A stretch of 64,000 nucleotides of DNA from Rubripirellula sp. GTDB taxonomy: Bacteria; Planctomycetota; Planctomycetia; Pirellulales; Pirellulaceae. Shown in pieces: positions 28,619-39,553 of the stretch (position 1 is its first letter; every line of letters starts with the position of its first letter). The position numbers and the translations under genes were made by a program. The stretch is taken from positions 1,120,001 to 1,184,000 of the forward strand of contig OZ244207.1 of NCBI GenBank assembly GCA_965216875.1. The letters run 5' to 3'. Under the pieces are notes generated by a model. It did not search any database. It was not told the origin of the DNA and saw only the letters and a program-made list of their open reading frames with translations.

Positions 28619-29563
28619 CTAAAACGCTATGTCGGTTACGACGGGGCGGTGGTCTGATAGTTGCGTGTCGATCGCTTGGTAGTTGTTGAAAGTCCATGTG
28701 TCGGGGATGACGATCCAGTCGATCAATTGATGCGGGCTTTCGGACGTGAAAGTGAGCTGTGGCTCGCTCGGAGCCTCGATTGGCCGGCGAAGAAACGCTT
28801 CCGACTTGTCGATGAGCTCGATCGCGTTTCGTCCCGCTTCGTCTTTCTGGTGATTGGGAAAACCTTCGGGCGTCGAGTTGAAGTCTCCTGCAAAGATGAC
28901 TGGCAAACCAGAGTTCTTTGCCAATGTCGTCAAGATCTCGATCGATTCACAACGAATCGTTTCGCTCCGATGTGAGAGATGGATCGGGACGATTCGAAAG
29001 GGCTGCTTGGGGTGGTGGACAACGCAAACCATCCCCCGTTTGCGACCAGCGATGAACGATTCGACCGCAGAAACGGGCGGGTACTCGAGCGGCTGCAACT
29101 CTCTTAGTGGGTAACGTGACAGGACTGCGTTGCCAAAGTTCCAGGTCCAACCTAGAAAACGTGCTTCCACATTTCGCTGCCGCGCCACGTAGGGGTATCC
29201 GGCCTTCAGCGCGATCTGTTCGGCTTGATCAACGTGATGACTCCAGCTGCAATCGAAGTCGACTTCGTTGAGAACCACAACGTCAGCATCGGTTTCGGTT
29301 AGAAGCTCGGCGATTCGGTCGATCCTGGCGAGTCGTGTGACGGCCGGTTCGCCGTTCCAATTCTTCGGAACAAGGCCTCGTGTATGCGCGATGTTGTAAC
29401 AAACCAAACGCAATCCCTCGTGTCGGCCCGGTTTGGCATGAGGCGCGTTGACCGAGAGCTGATCAACGCGATTGAAGAGACTTCGGGCTCGAGACCAGAG
29501 TGTGGGCAGGGCGACGAGGAACAGGATTGCCAGGATGCAAAGTAGGATTCGCTTCGGTCGCAT
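28619..29563 (-). CDS. Endonuclease/exonuclease/phosphatase (EEP) family protein
   Basis: CYNI, DVVVLNEVD, GNAVLSRYP, IHLSH, AGDFNS, IDWI, SDHRPV. Confidence 0.9.
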   Translation of the reverse strand: MRPKRILLCILAILFLVALPTLWSRARSLFNRVDQLSVNAPHAKPGRHEGLRLVCYNIAHTRGLVPKNWNGEPAVTRLARIDRIAELLTETDADVVVLNEVDFDCSWSHHVDQAEQIALKAGYPYVARQRNVEARFLGWTWNFGNAVLSRYPLRELQPLEYPPVSAVESFIAGRKRGMVCVVHHPKQPFRIVPIHLSHRSETIRCESIEILTTLAKNSGLPVIFAGDFNSTPEGFPNHQKDEAGRNAIELIDKSEAFLRRPIEAPSEPQLTFTSESPHQLIDWIVIPDTWTFNNYQAIDTQLSDHRPVVTDIAF

Positions 29564-29586
29564 GCGCCAGCCCTAAGAGTATTCCT

Positions 29587-31056
29587 TTAGCTCAAGATGT
29601 CGTGGACAACGTGACCGTGAACGTCGGTCAAGCGGAATTGCCGTCCTTGGAAGCGATAGGTCAGTTTCTCGTGATCGATTCCGGTCAAATGCAACAGGGT
29701 TGCTTGGAAGTCGTGAACGTGGACAGGGTTTTCAACAACGTTGATGCCGAGGTCGTCGGTTGCGCCGTAGGTGTAGCCCGGTTTGACACCCGCACCGGCC
29801 ATCCACGAGGTGTAGGCATAAGGATGGTGGTCGCGCCCCCAACGTTTTCGATTGTTGATGTCGCCTTGAAGGAACGGCGTGCGGCCAAACTCGCCACCCC
29901 AAATCACCAGAGTGTCTTCAAGCAGTCCGCGTTGTTTGAGATCTTGCACAAGTGCAGCGCTCGGTTGGTCGGTCGCTTTGCATTGACCATAAAATTCAGT
30001 CGTCAAGTTGTTGTGTTGGTCCCAGCCCGCGTGCATCAGTTGAACGTACCGACAACCCCGTTCGACCAATCGACGAGCGAGCAAGCAGTTGTGCGCGTAC
30101 GATCCCGGTTTTTCGACATCCGGTCCGTACATTTCGAGCGTCTCTTTCGATTCGGTGCTCAGATCAGCAAGCTCGGGGACGCTTCGTTGCATCTTGAAGC
30201 TCATTTCGTATTGAGCGATTCGCGTTGCAATCTCGGGGTCGCCAAACTCTTGCAGCTTCATTTCGTTGATCGCAGCAACATCGTCTAACCAACCTCGCCG
30301 CATCTGGCGACTCATCCCGTCTGGGTTGGAGACGTAGAGGACGGGGTCGCCGCTGCCGCGAAATTTGACACCCTGGAAACGAGACGGCAAAAAACCGCTG
30401 CCCCAGTAAAAGTCGTAGAAGATTTGTCCGCAGCTTGTGTTAGGCGTGATGCTTGTCATCACCACAAACGACGGAAGCTCGTCCGTTTCGCTGCCGAGTC
30501 CGTAGGTCAACCACGCGCCAACCGTTGGGCGTCCTGGCATTTCGCCACCGCTGAGTGCAAAGGTGATTGCGGGCGCATGATTGACTTGTTCGGTGTGGAG
30601 GCTTTTGACGAAACAGAGGTCGTCGGCAACCTTGGCGGTGTAGGGCATCATTTCGCTAACCCAAGCACCACTTTCGCCGCGTTGCTTGAAGGGTTCGATT
30701 GGTGCCAGCAGCAGCTTGCCGTCAGCTTTTCCCGTCATGGTCGAGAAACGCCGATCGCCGATGTAGGAAAGAGGCACCGGTTCTTTGTGCATCTTTTCGA
30801 GGTTGGGCTTCCAGTCGAAGAGGTCGACGTGCGTGGGCGCTCCATTTTGGAACATGTAGATCACGCGTTTGGCTTTTGGCGAAAAGTGCGGCAAGCCTGG
30901 AAGTCCGCCGAAACGCTGCTGGTGCGTTTTCGCCTCGCCAGCCAAACCGTCTTTGGCCATTAGCGAGGCGAGTGCCGCGGTGCCGATGCCGGAAGCGGAT
31001 CGGCCAAAGAAATGACGGCGACTTAGGTGCAGGTTGTTTTGGGTAAGCGGATCCAT
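29587..31056 (-). CDS. DUF1501 family protein (Tat signal)
   Basis: SRRHFF, PKAKRVIYMFQNGAPTHVDLFD, CLLARRLVERG, WDQH, WGGEFGRTP, GRDHHP. Confidence 0.93.
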   Translation of the reverse strand: MDPLTQNNLHLSRRHFFGRSASGIGTAALASLMAKDGLAGEAKTHQQRFGGLPGLPHFSPKAKRVIYMFQNGAPTHVDLFDWKPNLEKMHKEPVPLSYIGDRRFSTMTGKADGKLLLAPIEPFKQRGESGAWVSEMMPYTAKVADDLCFVKSLHTEQVNHAPAITFALSGGEMPGRPTVGAWLTYGLGSETDELPSFVVMTSITPNTSCGQIFYDFYWGSGFLPSRFQGVKFRGSGDPVLYVSNPDGMSRQMRRGWLDDVAAINEMKLQEFGDPEIATRIAQYEMSFKMQRSVPELADLSTESKETLEMYGPDVEKPGSYAHNCLLARRLVERGCRYVQLMHAGWDQHNNLTTEFYGQCKATDQPSAALVQDLKQRGLLEDTLVIWGGEFGRTPFLQGDINNRKRWGRDHHPYAYTSWMAGAGVKPGYTYGATDDLGINVVENPVHVHDFQATLLHLTGIDHEKLTYRFQGRQFRLTDVHGHVVHDILS

Positions 31057-31060
31057 GGCT

Positions 31061-34000
31061 CTATTCCCGGGTCAAGGTTTCGTCAAAGTTGAGCACGGCC
31101 AAACAGAGCGCCGTCCAGCTGGCATGGTCGACAGCGTCAAGCGATGCGTCACGTTCCGACTCGCCCATCGAAAGCAGCGCGGTCGCTTCTTCGGCGTCGC
31201 TGTTGAATTCCGTTCGTGTTCGCTCCAGGCCCGCTTTCAATACTTCGAATTCGTTGTCGGAGGCTGGGCGTGCAATCATCCGCTGCAACACAAAGTTCAC
31301 TCGTTCACGGTCAGAGTCCAGCTCTTGTTGCAGCGTCAGTTGTGCCAGAGCGCGTGCCGCTTCGACGTAAGCGACATTGTTCAGGGTTTGCAAAGCGTGC
31401 AGCGGCGTGTTGGTGCGACTCACTTTCACAGTGCAAGCTTGACGCGAGGCGCTGTCAAAGAACATGGTCGGCGCAATGATGCGTCGCCAGAAGGTGTAGA
31501 GACTGCGGCGGTAGAGTTTTTCGCCGCCGTCGAGCTTGTACTTTTTCTTGCCAAACGACGCCTCTTCCCAAACGCCGGGCGGTTGGTAGGTGTTGACGGC
31601 TGGCCCCGAGTTGGCTGCAGATAGCAGGCCGCTTGCCGCGAGCGCTTGGTCGCGAATCATCCAAGACGGCATACGGTAACGAGCACCGCGAGCGAGGTAG
31701 CGGTTTTGGGGGTCGGATTCAAACACCGCGGGGCTGGCGATTTTGGACGACTGGCGATACGTGTGACTGGTAACGATCAGACGCACCAAGTGCTTGACGT
31801 CCCAACCACTTTCGCGGAATTCGGCCGACAGCCAATTCAACAAGTCCATGTGGACCGGGATTTCGCCTTGCGCCCCGAAGTCTTCGGTCGTCTTGACCAG
31901 ACCGATTCCAAAAATCTGCTGCCAGAATCGGTTGACCGTCACGCGCGCGGTCAGCGGATTGTCATCAGCAACGAGCCAGCGAGCCAAGGTGAGCCGGTTT
32001 GCATCGTCCGCATCATTGGGTGCGGGCAAAAAGTCGGGGAACCTCGAAAAGACTTCGGTCTCCGTCGGCTTGTTGTAAAGTCCACGCGAGAGAATGAAGG
32101 TCTTGCGCGGTTTGGCCATGTCTTCCATTGTCATGACCTTGGGGATTTGCTTGTCGATGTTTTCGCGTTCTTTGACACTGCTGTCGCGATCGTTCAAGAG
32201 TTTGACGTAGTCACTTGAGGTGCGTCGATGAGCGTCAGCGAGCAGTTTCTTCTGTTCGTTGTTGCGTTCGTCGGGCGTTGTGCGCAAAGCGACAATGAGC
32301 TTTTCGTTTGGCGCGGCCATCTCGACGTCTTCACGCTCGGTAAGCGAGATACGAAAGCGGCCAAGGTTGTGCTGAGCGAAACGTGAGTCGTGGCTGAGCG
32401 TCAGTGTGACTTCGGCGTCTTGCATTCCCGTGAGCGGCTTGTCAAAGGCAAACACGGCGGTGTGTTCGCGGTCGACCGTTCTTCCCTCGTGGACGGCCCA
32501 GCCCGATTTGGGGTCATCGTCAAAGACGTTTTCGATTTTGAAACCGTTTTGCTCGTAGGTTGCTTTTCCGCGAGCAATCTTGATTGGTTCCGACTCGTCC
32601 GCGTCTTTCCTTTTGACCTCAATCTTGAGCGAGGTGAGGACAAAGTTGCCACTATCGCTGCGTGCCAAGCCGTTCTTGGTCATCGTCTTGTGACGCAACG
32701 CTTCGATACGCAATGCCGAGACCTGGTCGAGATTCGATTGAGCGACGTAGGTGTAGGTATCGTTCGGTGGGCTCCAGCCAGCGGCAAGTACGGAGTTGTC
32801 GTCAAGAATCTTGAGGTTCGCGTTCTTGGCGAATGCGGTTTGAGGTTTGAGTGGTTTCCAGGCCAGGTCGGCCGTGACTTTATCAAGTTCAGCGATCTCC
32901 CAATCACGCTGCGTCTTGGCAAACTCGTCGGCGATCATCTTCATTTGACCGTCAAGCTTGGCGATCTTTTCATCAAGCTCGGCCAAGCGGTTTGTTTGTT
33001 CGGTACTTGGTGCGTCGATGAAGGGTGCGGTCTGCGGGTTGCCGCCCGCCCCGGTCACAGGCGTTTGGTTGAAGAATGAAAAGAGCTCGTAGTATTCTTG
33101 GTTGGTGATCGGGTCGTACTTGTGGTCGTGGCATCGACAGCAGTTCAGCGTCATGCCCAACCAGACCGTTCCCATCGTCTCGGTCATGTCCATGACATAT
33201 TCGACGCGGTTTTCTTCGGCGATGCGGCCACCTTCGCCATTGATCATGTGGTTGCGACAAAAGCCGGTCGCCATCTTTTGTTGGTTGGTTGCGTCGGGCA
33301 ACAAGTCGCCAGCCAATTGCCAAACCGTGAACTTGTCGTAGGGCAAGTTGTCGTTGAACGATTGGACAACCCAGTCGCGCCACGGCCACATCGTCCGTTC
33401 GTTATCGCCTTGGTAGCCGTTGGTGTCAGCGTAGCGAGCTGCGTCGAGCCAGTCCCAAGCCATGCGTTGTCCATAGGCAGGCGACTTGAGCAAGCGATCA
33501 ACCAATCGTTCGTAGGCAAGCGGTTGGTTGTCCGCGAGAAAGGCATCGACTTGTTCGGGTGTGGGGGGCAGCCCCGTCAGGTCGAGCGAAAGGCGGCGGA
33601 TCAATGTGCGTTTGTTTGCTTCGTGCGATGGTGCCATCGCACGCGAAACAAGTTGCTGTTGAACGAACGCGTCAATCGGGTTTTTTCGCAGTGGCAGCCA
33701 ATCGGGTTGGGCAGCAGGTTCTTCGGGGCGCTCAATGGGACGAAAGGCCCAGTGTTGGTCCCACTGGGCACCTTCATCGATCCAGAGACCAATCAATTCA
33801 ATCTGCTCGGGGGTGAGCGAACGATTCGAATCGACCGGTGGCATCCGAATGTCTTCGTCATCGGTGGTGAGTCGATCAAACAACTCGCTCGCGTGACGGT
33901 CTGATGCTTCGATCACGGCGGCGATCCCGTCGGCGGTATCGACGCGGAGGTCGGCGGCTCGATTTGCGGCATCTGGGCCATGACAGAAGGCACAATTCTC

Positions 34001-34105
34001 AGAGAGGATTGGGCGAATGTCACGGACAAAGTCGACTGGATCCTCGGCAAAGCAGGTAGCAACCAGCCCGAGGCTCAAAAAGACTGAAGAAAGGTTTCGA
34101 TACAC
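31061..34105 (-). CDS. Planctomycete cytochrome c / PSD1 protein (PSCyt1-DUF1549-DUF1553)
   Basis: CAFCH heme motif, NPIDAF, RRLSLDLTGLPPT, WLDAARYADT, CCRCHDHK, ARVTVNRFWQ, RRSLY. Confidence 0.93.
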   Translation of the reverse strand: MYRNLSSVFLSLGLVATCFAEDPVDFVRDIRPILSENCAFCHGPDAANRAADLRVDTADGIAAVIEASDRHASELFDRLTTDDEDIRMPPVDSNRSLTPEQIELIGLWIDEGAQWDQHWAFRPIERPEEPAAQPDWLPLRKNPIDAFVQQQLVSRAMAPSHEANKRTLIRRLSLDLTGLPPTPEQVDAFLADNQPLAYERLVDRLLKSPAYGQRMAWDWLDAARYADTNGYQGDNERTMWPWRDWVVQSFNDNLPYDKFTVWQLAGDLLPDATNQQKMATGFCRNHMINGEGGRIAEENRVEYVMDMTETMGTVWLGMTLNCCRCHDHKYDPITNQEYYELFSFFNQTPVTGAGGNPQTAPFIDAPSTEQTNRLAELDEKIAKLDGQMKMIADEFAKTQRDWEIAELDKVTADLAWKPLKPQTAFAKNANLKILDDNSVLAAGWSPPNDTYTYVAQSNLDQVSALRIEALRHKTMTKNGLARSDSGNFVLTSLKIEVKRKDADESEPIKIARGKATYEQNGFKIENVFDDDPKSGWAVHEGRTVDREHTAVFAFDKPLTGMQDAEVTLTLSHDSRFAQHNLGRFRISLTEREDVEMAAPNEKLIVALRTTPDERNNEQKKLLADAHRRTSSDYVKLLNDRDSSVKERENIDKQIPKVMTMEDMAKPRKTFILSRGLYNKPTETEVFSRFPDFLPAPNDADDANRLTLARWLVADDNPLTARVTVNRFWQQIFGIGLVKTTEDFGAQGEIPVHMDLLNWLSAEFRESGWDVKHLVRLIVTSHTYRQSSKIASPAVFESDPQNRYLARGARYRMPSWMIRDQALAASGLLSAANSGPAVNTYQPPGVWEEASFGKKKYKLDGGEKLYRRSLYTFWRRIIAPTMFFDSASRQACTVKVSRTNTPLHALQTLNNVAYVEAARALAQLTLQQELDSDRERVNFVLQRMIARPASDNEFEVLKAGLERTRTEFNSDAEEATALLSMGESERDASLDAVDHASWTALCLAVLNFDETLTRE

Positions 34106-34265
34106 GATTTGCGGAGAGCAAGGGGGAGGGAGGGGCGTAGATCCTATTCTACTTCAATTCCGCAGTAGTCTCGTGGTGGGGGGCAAGACGAGATTCTATA
34201 CAAGCCCGCAGTGCAAGCAAGTGAGATTTGCGGGTGGTTGTTTGTTGTCCCGCGTTTTGGCGGGC

Positions 34266-34674
34266 GTAGCTACCTTCGCCAGAAGGTGGGGCCCGTCGGT
34301 AGACCGCGTTCTGTTGTCACCACGCTCTGGCGAGCGTAGCACGTTGGGTCATGCGCGATGGGAGTCGGGTGTAGGGCCCGACGCTAGCGCGTTCGGCTCA
34401 CTGTTTGTTGTGCTTATGCGGAAGGGCGTAGCTACCTTCGCCAGAAGGTGGGCGTGTGAGGAGGCCGCTTTCTGTTGTCACCACGCTCTGGCGAGCGTAG
34501 CTACGTTGGGTCATGCGCGATGGGAGTCGAGTGTCGGGTGTAGGGCCCGACGCTTGCGCGTTCGGCTCACTGTTTGTTGTGCTTAGGCGGAAGGACGTAG
34601 CTACCTTCGCCAGAAGGTGGATCGTGTCGGTAGACCGCACTCTGGTGTCACCACGCTCTGGCGAGCGTAGCTAC
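34266..34674. repeat. Tandem array of three REP family B doublets (GTAGCTACCTTCGCCAGAAGGTGG...CCACGCTCTGGCGAGCGTAGCTAC) interleaved with family A
   Basis: Units start at 34266, 34428 and 34597. Confidence 0.88.
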
Positions 34675-34708
34675 GAAGATCAGGTCCGGCCGCTTGCGTG
34701 ATCGTGGG

Positions 34709-36799
34709 TTATGTATCGGCTCGCGCCTCTTCGGTGGGGCCTTGGGCTGTCAAGACAACCGTTGACCTTGGTTGGACTTTGTAGCTGGTTCGCTTGCCAA
34801 TGCCGGTCGGATCGCCGATGTCGTTGGGAGATTCAAGCGACGTATCGATCACGCGCATCCATGGTTCGAAACCATCGGGGAGATTGGGAATCTCGAACGC
34901 AATTTCTTGCCAGTAGGCATTGAAGATCAGGTGGTACCACTTGTCACTATTTTCAACCGTGAAGGCGACCGAGTGCGATGCGTGCCCCCAATCGGGTTGC
35001 TCGAGTTTGGCGCCGTGCCAGCGAACTTGGGAACGCGAAATCACTTCATCGAGACTGAGTCCCGGATCGTGGCGATCGGGTAAGCCCTTGCGGTATTCGA
35101 TCAAACACCGGACAAACCGCAGCAGGTCCTCATGCTGCTTAACGAGTTTCCAATCAAACCAACTGATGTCGTTGTCTTGGCAATAGGCGTTGTTGTTTCC
35201 CTTTTGCGTGCGTCGTACTTCGTCGCCCATCACGGTCATCGGCACACCCAAGGCAAGCACGTTGATGGTGAACAGGTTTTTCATCTGCTTGACACGCAAG
35301 CGTTCGATTTCGACGTCGTCGGTTGGTCCTTCGACGCCGCAATTCCAGCTGATGTTTTCGTTGTGGCCGTCGCGGTTGTCTTCGCCATTGTCGAGATTGC
35401 GTTTTTCGGTGTACGACACCAAATCGTTCATCGTGAACCCGTCATGTGAGGTGACGAAATTGATGCTTTGTTCGGGTTCGCGATTGCGATGTCCGTAAAT
35501 GTCGGGGCTGGCCAAGAACCGTTTGGCAAAGGTACCGGCGTGGCCTTCATCTCCTTTGACGAACGCACGGACGTCGTCTCGGAAGCGGCCGTTCCATTCT
35601 TTCCAGTGGTCGCCAAAGAAATTGCCCACTTGGTACAGCCCGGCCGCGTCCCATGCTTCGGCGATGAGTTTCGTTCCACTCAGGACAGGGTCGGTTTCGA
35701 TGTCCCAAAGGATTGGCGGATTGGCTTGCGGGTGACCATTGATGTCCCGGGAAAGGACCGATGCGAGGTCGAACCGAAAACCGTCGACATGCATTTCCGT
35801 CACCCAGTAGCGAAGGCTATCCAAGATCAGGCGTCGAACGACTGCGTGGTTCCCGTTAAGTGTGTTACCGCAACCACTGAAGTTTGCATAGTGACTTCCG
35901 TTGCGCCGGTTTTTCAGATCGTTTTCGAGAATGTAGTAGGCCGAGTTTTCGAGACCCTTGAAGCAAAACGTTGGTCCGACCTCGTTGCCTTCCGCGGTAT
36001 GGTTGTAGACCACGTCCAACAACACTTCGATGCCCGCTTTGTGAAGTGCTTTGACCATGTCGCGAAATTCATTCAAGACTTCCAATGGGTCGCCGCTCGA
36101 TGAGTAACCGTGGTGCGGTGCAAAGAACGAAACGGGGTTGTATCCCCAGTAGTTGGTCAGGCCCGCGTGGGCTTCTTGCGGGTCGAATTGAAAAACGGGC
36201 AGCAGCTCAACGGCGGTGATGCCGAGTTCTTTTAGATAGGGGATCTTTTTTGCCAAGCCACGGAAGGTGCCGCGATCCTTTTTGAGAATCCGTGAACTGG
36301 CGTGCCGCGTGAAGCCGCCGACATGCATCTCGTAGATGATTGTGTCGCGAAAGGGGCGGTACAGAGGCTCGTCCCCTTCCCAGTCGTAGGTTGATAGATC
36401 GGCAACCACGCTCTTCATGGCAAAGGCACAGTTGTCGCCCGGTTCCGCACCGGCTTGGCGATCAAATCGATCGGGAACGGCTACCGCGCGTCCATAGGGA
36501 TCGAGCAGCACTTTGCTGGAGTCGTAGCGCAATCCGTCATTGGGCTGGAAAGGACCGCGAGCCCGATAGGCGTAAACCTGGCCCGCTTTGAGTCCAGGGA
36601 CCTTCACATGCCAATAATGAAACGTGCGATGATTGGTCGCATCAAGGGCGATGGTGCGCGATGGTTTGGCGTCGTTGGCATCGTCAAACAGCAGAAGCTC
36701 GAGCGAATCGCAGCTCTTGGAGTGGACGCTGAAGTTGACACCGTCTGCTTGTAAGGTCGCCCCGAGAGGGAACGTGTTACCGGGAGTCACTTTGGGCAT
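34709..36799 (-). CDS. glgX: Glycogen debranching enzyme (GH13)
   Basis: PLGAT..DGVNFSV, NYWGYNP, DVVYNHT, DGFRFDLAS, IAEAWD, NFVTSHDG, TQKGNNNAYCQDN. Confidence 0.95.
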   Translation of the reverse strand: MPKVTPGNTFPLGATLQADGVNFSVHSKSCDSLELLLFDDANDAKPSRTIALDATNHRTFHYWHVKVPGLKAGQVYAYRARGPFQPNDGLRYDSSKVLLDPYGRAVAVPDRFDRQAGAEPGDNCAFAMKSVVADLSTYDWEGDEPLYRPFRDTIIYEMHVGGFTRHASSRILKKDRGTFRGLAKKIPYLKELGITAVELLPVFQFDPQEAHAGLTNYWGYNPVSFFAPHHGYSSSGDPLEVLNEFRDMVKALHKAGIEVLLDVVYNHTAEGNEVGPTFCFKGLENSAYYILENDLKNRRNGSHYANFSGCGNTLNGNHAVVRRLILDSLRYWVTEMHVDGFRFDLASVLSRDINGHPQANPPILWDIETDPVLSGTKLIAEAWDAAGLYQVGNFFGDHWKEWNGRFRDDVRAFVKGDEGHAGTFAKRFLASPDIYGHRNREPEQSINFVTSHDGFTMNDLVSYTEKRNLDNGEDNRDGHNENISWNCGVEGPTDDVEIERLRVKQMKNLFTINVLALGVPMTVMGDEVRRTQKGNNNAYCQDNDISWFDWKLVKQHEDLLRFVRCLIEYRKGLPDRHDPGLSLDEVISRSQVRWHGAKLEQPDWGHASHSVAFTVENSDKWYHLIFNAYWQEIAFEIPNLPDGFEPWMRVIDTSLESPNDIGDPTGIGKRTSYKVQPRSTVVLTAQGPTEEARADT

Positions 36800-36866
36800 C
36801 TGTAAAAATCCAAGTCGAGCATCACTGGGCTGTCGTCGGTAGTTTAACCTGGATGCCTACGCGAGA

Positions 36867-38378
36867 GTGAGTGCTGAGCGAATGTTGGCGGCGTTTCCCG
36901 ATCCCATTATCGAGTGGTTTGATCATTTCGGTTGGCAGACGATTACGGTCGTCTCGGTGTTCGTCGTTTTGTTGCATGCCCTGGCCATCACATCGGCGCT
37001 GCACGCGATCAGCAATGTCCGCACTTCGCAGGCGGCGGTCGGTTGGACGGTCGGGTTATTGACGCTGCCGATGATGACGCTCCCGCTGTATTGGGTTTTC
37101 GCACGCCACCGGTTTTACGGTTATCGCGAGGCGATTCGAGACGTCGGACGCCGGCATCGTGAGTCGGTGACGGCCGTCCAGAAGGCACTGCTCACACCGC
37201 GAAACATCAGCACGGCCGAACACGAGCGCTCGATCGATCGTGTCGCCGATGTGTTGGACACGCCTGTCTCGACCGGCAATCAGTTCGAAGTGCTTGTTGA
37301 CGGCGAAGCCTCGTTTGATGAAATCTTGGCGTCGATTCAGTCGGCCGAGCACTACGTGTACATCGCGTTTTTTATCATTCGCGACGATGCTCTTGGAAAC
37401 CGCTTTGCCGATGCGCTGATCGAGCGTGGTCGCGCTGGCGTGACCGTTCGATTGCTTTATGACGAAGTCGGTTCGATCCGTCTGCCGAAACGCTACTGCA
37501 AACGTTTGGTGGATGCGGGAGTCGAGGTTCGCTCGTTCAATACGCGACAAGGTTTCGTCAACCGATTCCAAATCAACTTTCGCAATCATCGAAAGATCGT
37601 TGTGATTGATGGCAAGACCGCGATCGTCGGCGGATTGAACGTTGGCGACGAATACCTGGGCGAAACGGCTGGGCTTGAATCTTGGCGAGACACGGCGGTG
37701 GTCGCGCGCGGTCCGATCGCCAAACAAGTGCAGGCCGTTTTTGCAGCCGACTATTACTGGGCCGCACGTTGTGATTTGCCCGAAGCGGATTGGCAGCTTG
37801 CCCAAGATGTCGATCGCGAACCGTCGTGCAGTGGTCGGGGGGAGGTCTGTGCAACCGGACCGGCAGACAAGCGGCCGCGCGCTTCGATGATGTTTTCGGC
37901 CGCTGCCGCTGCCGCCAAGAAACGGTTGTGGATCAGTACGCCGTATCTGGTTCCCGATGAAGCTGTCATGATCGCACTTCATATGGCTCGTGCACGCGGC
38001 GTGGACGTTCGAATCTTGATTCCGAACAAGGCCGATCACTTTGCCGTATACCTGGCAGGCTTTCACTACGAACAAGAGTTGGGTGAGGTGGGGATTGAGG
38101 TGTATCGCTATGAATCGGGGTTTCTGCATCAAAAGTGCGTGTTGGTTGACGATGACCTTGCGCTGATCGGGTCGACCAACTTGGACAATCGTTCGTTGCA
38201 CCTTAACTTTGAATTAATGGTCGCGTTTGAGGAGACCGATGCGGTTGCCGAGGTCTTTACGATGCTGCAAAACGATTTTGAAAAGGCATCCCGAAGCGTC
38301 GGCGAGCACAAGCCAGTGCGTCGTTGGTTCGAGCGGGCAGGAACGGCAGTCGCGAGACTTTTTAGCCCCGTCCTGTGA
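36867..38378 (+). CDS. cls: Cardiolipin synthase
   Basis: Two HKD motifs (NHRKIVVIDG, LHQKCVLVDD), STNLDNRS, two N-terminal TM helices. Confidence 0.92.
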   Translation: MSAERMLAAFPDPIIEWFDHFGWQTITVVSVFVVLLHALAITSALHAISNVRTSQAAVGWTVGLLTLPMMTLPLYWVFARHRFYGYREAIRDVGRRHRESVTAVQKALLTPRNISTAEHERSIDRVADVLDTPVSTGNQFEVLVDGEASFDEILASIQSAEHYVYIAFFIIRDDALGNRFADALIERGRAGVTVRLLYDEVGSIRLPKRYCKRLVDAGVEVRSFNTRQGFVNRFQINFRNHRKIVVIDGKTAIVGGLNVGDEYLGETAGLESWRDTAVVARGPIAKQVQAVFAADYYWAARCDLPEADWQLAQDVDREPSCSGRGEVCATGPADKRPRASMMFSAAAAAAKKRLWISTPYLVPDEAVMIALHMARARGVDVRILIPNKADHFAVYLAGFHYEQELGEVGIEVYRYESGFLHQKCVLVDDDLALIGSTNLDNRSLHLNFELMVAFEETDAVAEVFTMLQNDFEKASRSVGEHKPVRRWFERAGTAVARLFSPVL

Positions 38379-38665
38379 GTTGCAAAACGAATCTGCTTGA
38401 AATCGCGTGGTTTGCAGTTCACATTGATCCACGGTTTTCCTACGGACGCGACGAGGCTGTTTCAATGGCGATGGCGGCAAACATGACGCTCTTGGCAAGA
38501 CTCGGTAGGACGAGCGAACTGCAAGGCAAAAAAATCACTGTCTCGCTGCCAAGATGATCGGCTGGCTGACGAAACACCCATCTGATTGACAACATAGGAA
38601 TCGGTTCACTGGAAGAAGTTGCCAACTTATCGAGCGTTTCAAAGCACTACGGCAACGTCGCCGCA

Positions 38666-39553
38666 TTGCGAGAGGTATCGCTGCGCATCCCAACCGGGGT
38701 GACGGGGCTGCTCGGGCCAAACGGCTCCGGCAAGAGCACGCTGATCAAATCGTTGCTTGGATTGGTGGCCACCCAGTCGGGCAGCGGTTCGGTTCTCGGC
38801 CACGCTTGGCCGGTCGAGGCGAGGGCGATTCGTGACGATGTCGGCTATCTGCCCGAAGATGATTGCTACATCGCTGGGCTTTCCGGCGTCGATTCGATTG
38901 CCTTTATGGCACAACTCTCGGGGCTGCCCGGTACCGAAGCGCTTCGCCGCGCTCATGAGATTGCTGACTTTTGCGACATCGCCGAAGAACGGTATCGCGA
39001 AATCGAGACGTATTCGACCGGCATGCGTCAGAAACTCAAGTTTGCCCAGGCACTGGTTCACGACCCGCCGCTGTTGATTCTTGACGAGCCGACCACGGGG
39101 CTCGACCCCGATCAACGCGCCTCGATGCTTAGCCGGATCAAGACGCTGGCGACCCAGTACGGCAAGTCGGTGATTCTCTCGACCCATATCTTGCCCGATG
39201 TGCGCCAAGTCTGTGACTACGTGATCATGCTTGTCGGTGGACAGGTTCGTATCTCGGACACGCTTGATAACCTGAGTCGACCTGCTGAGCCGACTTTACA
39301 TGTTTCGGTGCTGGGGGAGAGTCATGCGTTTCAACGTCGCTTGATTGAAAACCGGCACAACGTGACCGAAGAGGCCGATGGGGCACTTCGCATCGAAGGC
39401 ATTGACGAATCTCAAATCGCTTTGGTTTGGCAGTGGGCGGCGGAGACCGAAACGTCCATTCGTCGATTGCAGCCCGCCCAGAATTCGCTGGACAAGATCT
39501 TTTTCGAAGCGGCCTCGTCCGCGGTTGCGGAGGGCGCCCATGCCAGTTCATGA
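38666..39553 (+). CDS. ABC transporter ATP-binding protein (true start may be a non-canonical codon slightly upstream)
   Basis: GPNGSGKST, YSTGMRQ, LLILDEPT, STH. Confidence 0.9.
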   Translation: MREVSLRIPTGVTGLLGPNGSGKSTLIKSLLGLVATQSGSGSVLGHAWPVEARAIRDDVGYLPEDDCYIAGLSGVDSIAFMAQLSGLPGTEALRRAHEIADFCDIAEERYREIETYSTGMRQKLKFAQALVHDPPLLILDEPTTGLDPDQRASMLSRIKTLATQYGKSVILSTHILPDVRQVCDYVIMLVGGQVRISDTLDNLSRPAEPTLHVSVLGESHAFQRRLIENRHNVTEEADGALRIEGIDESQIALVWQWAAETETSIRRLQPAQNSLDKIFFEAASSAVAEGAHASS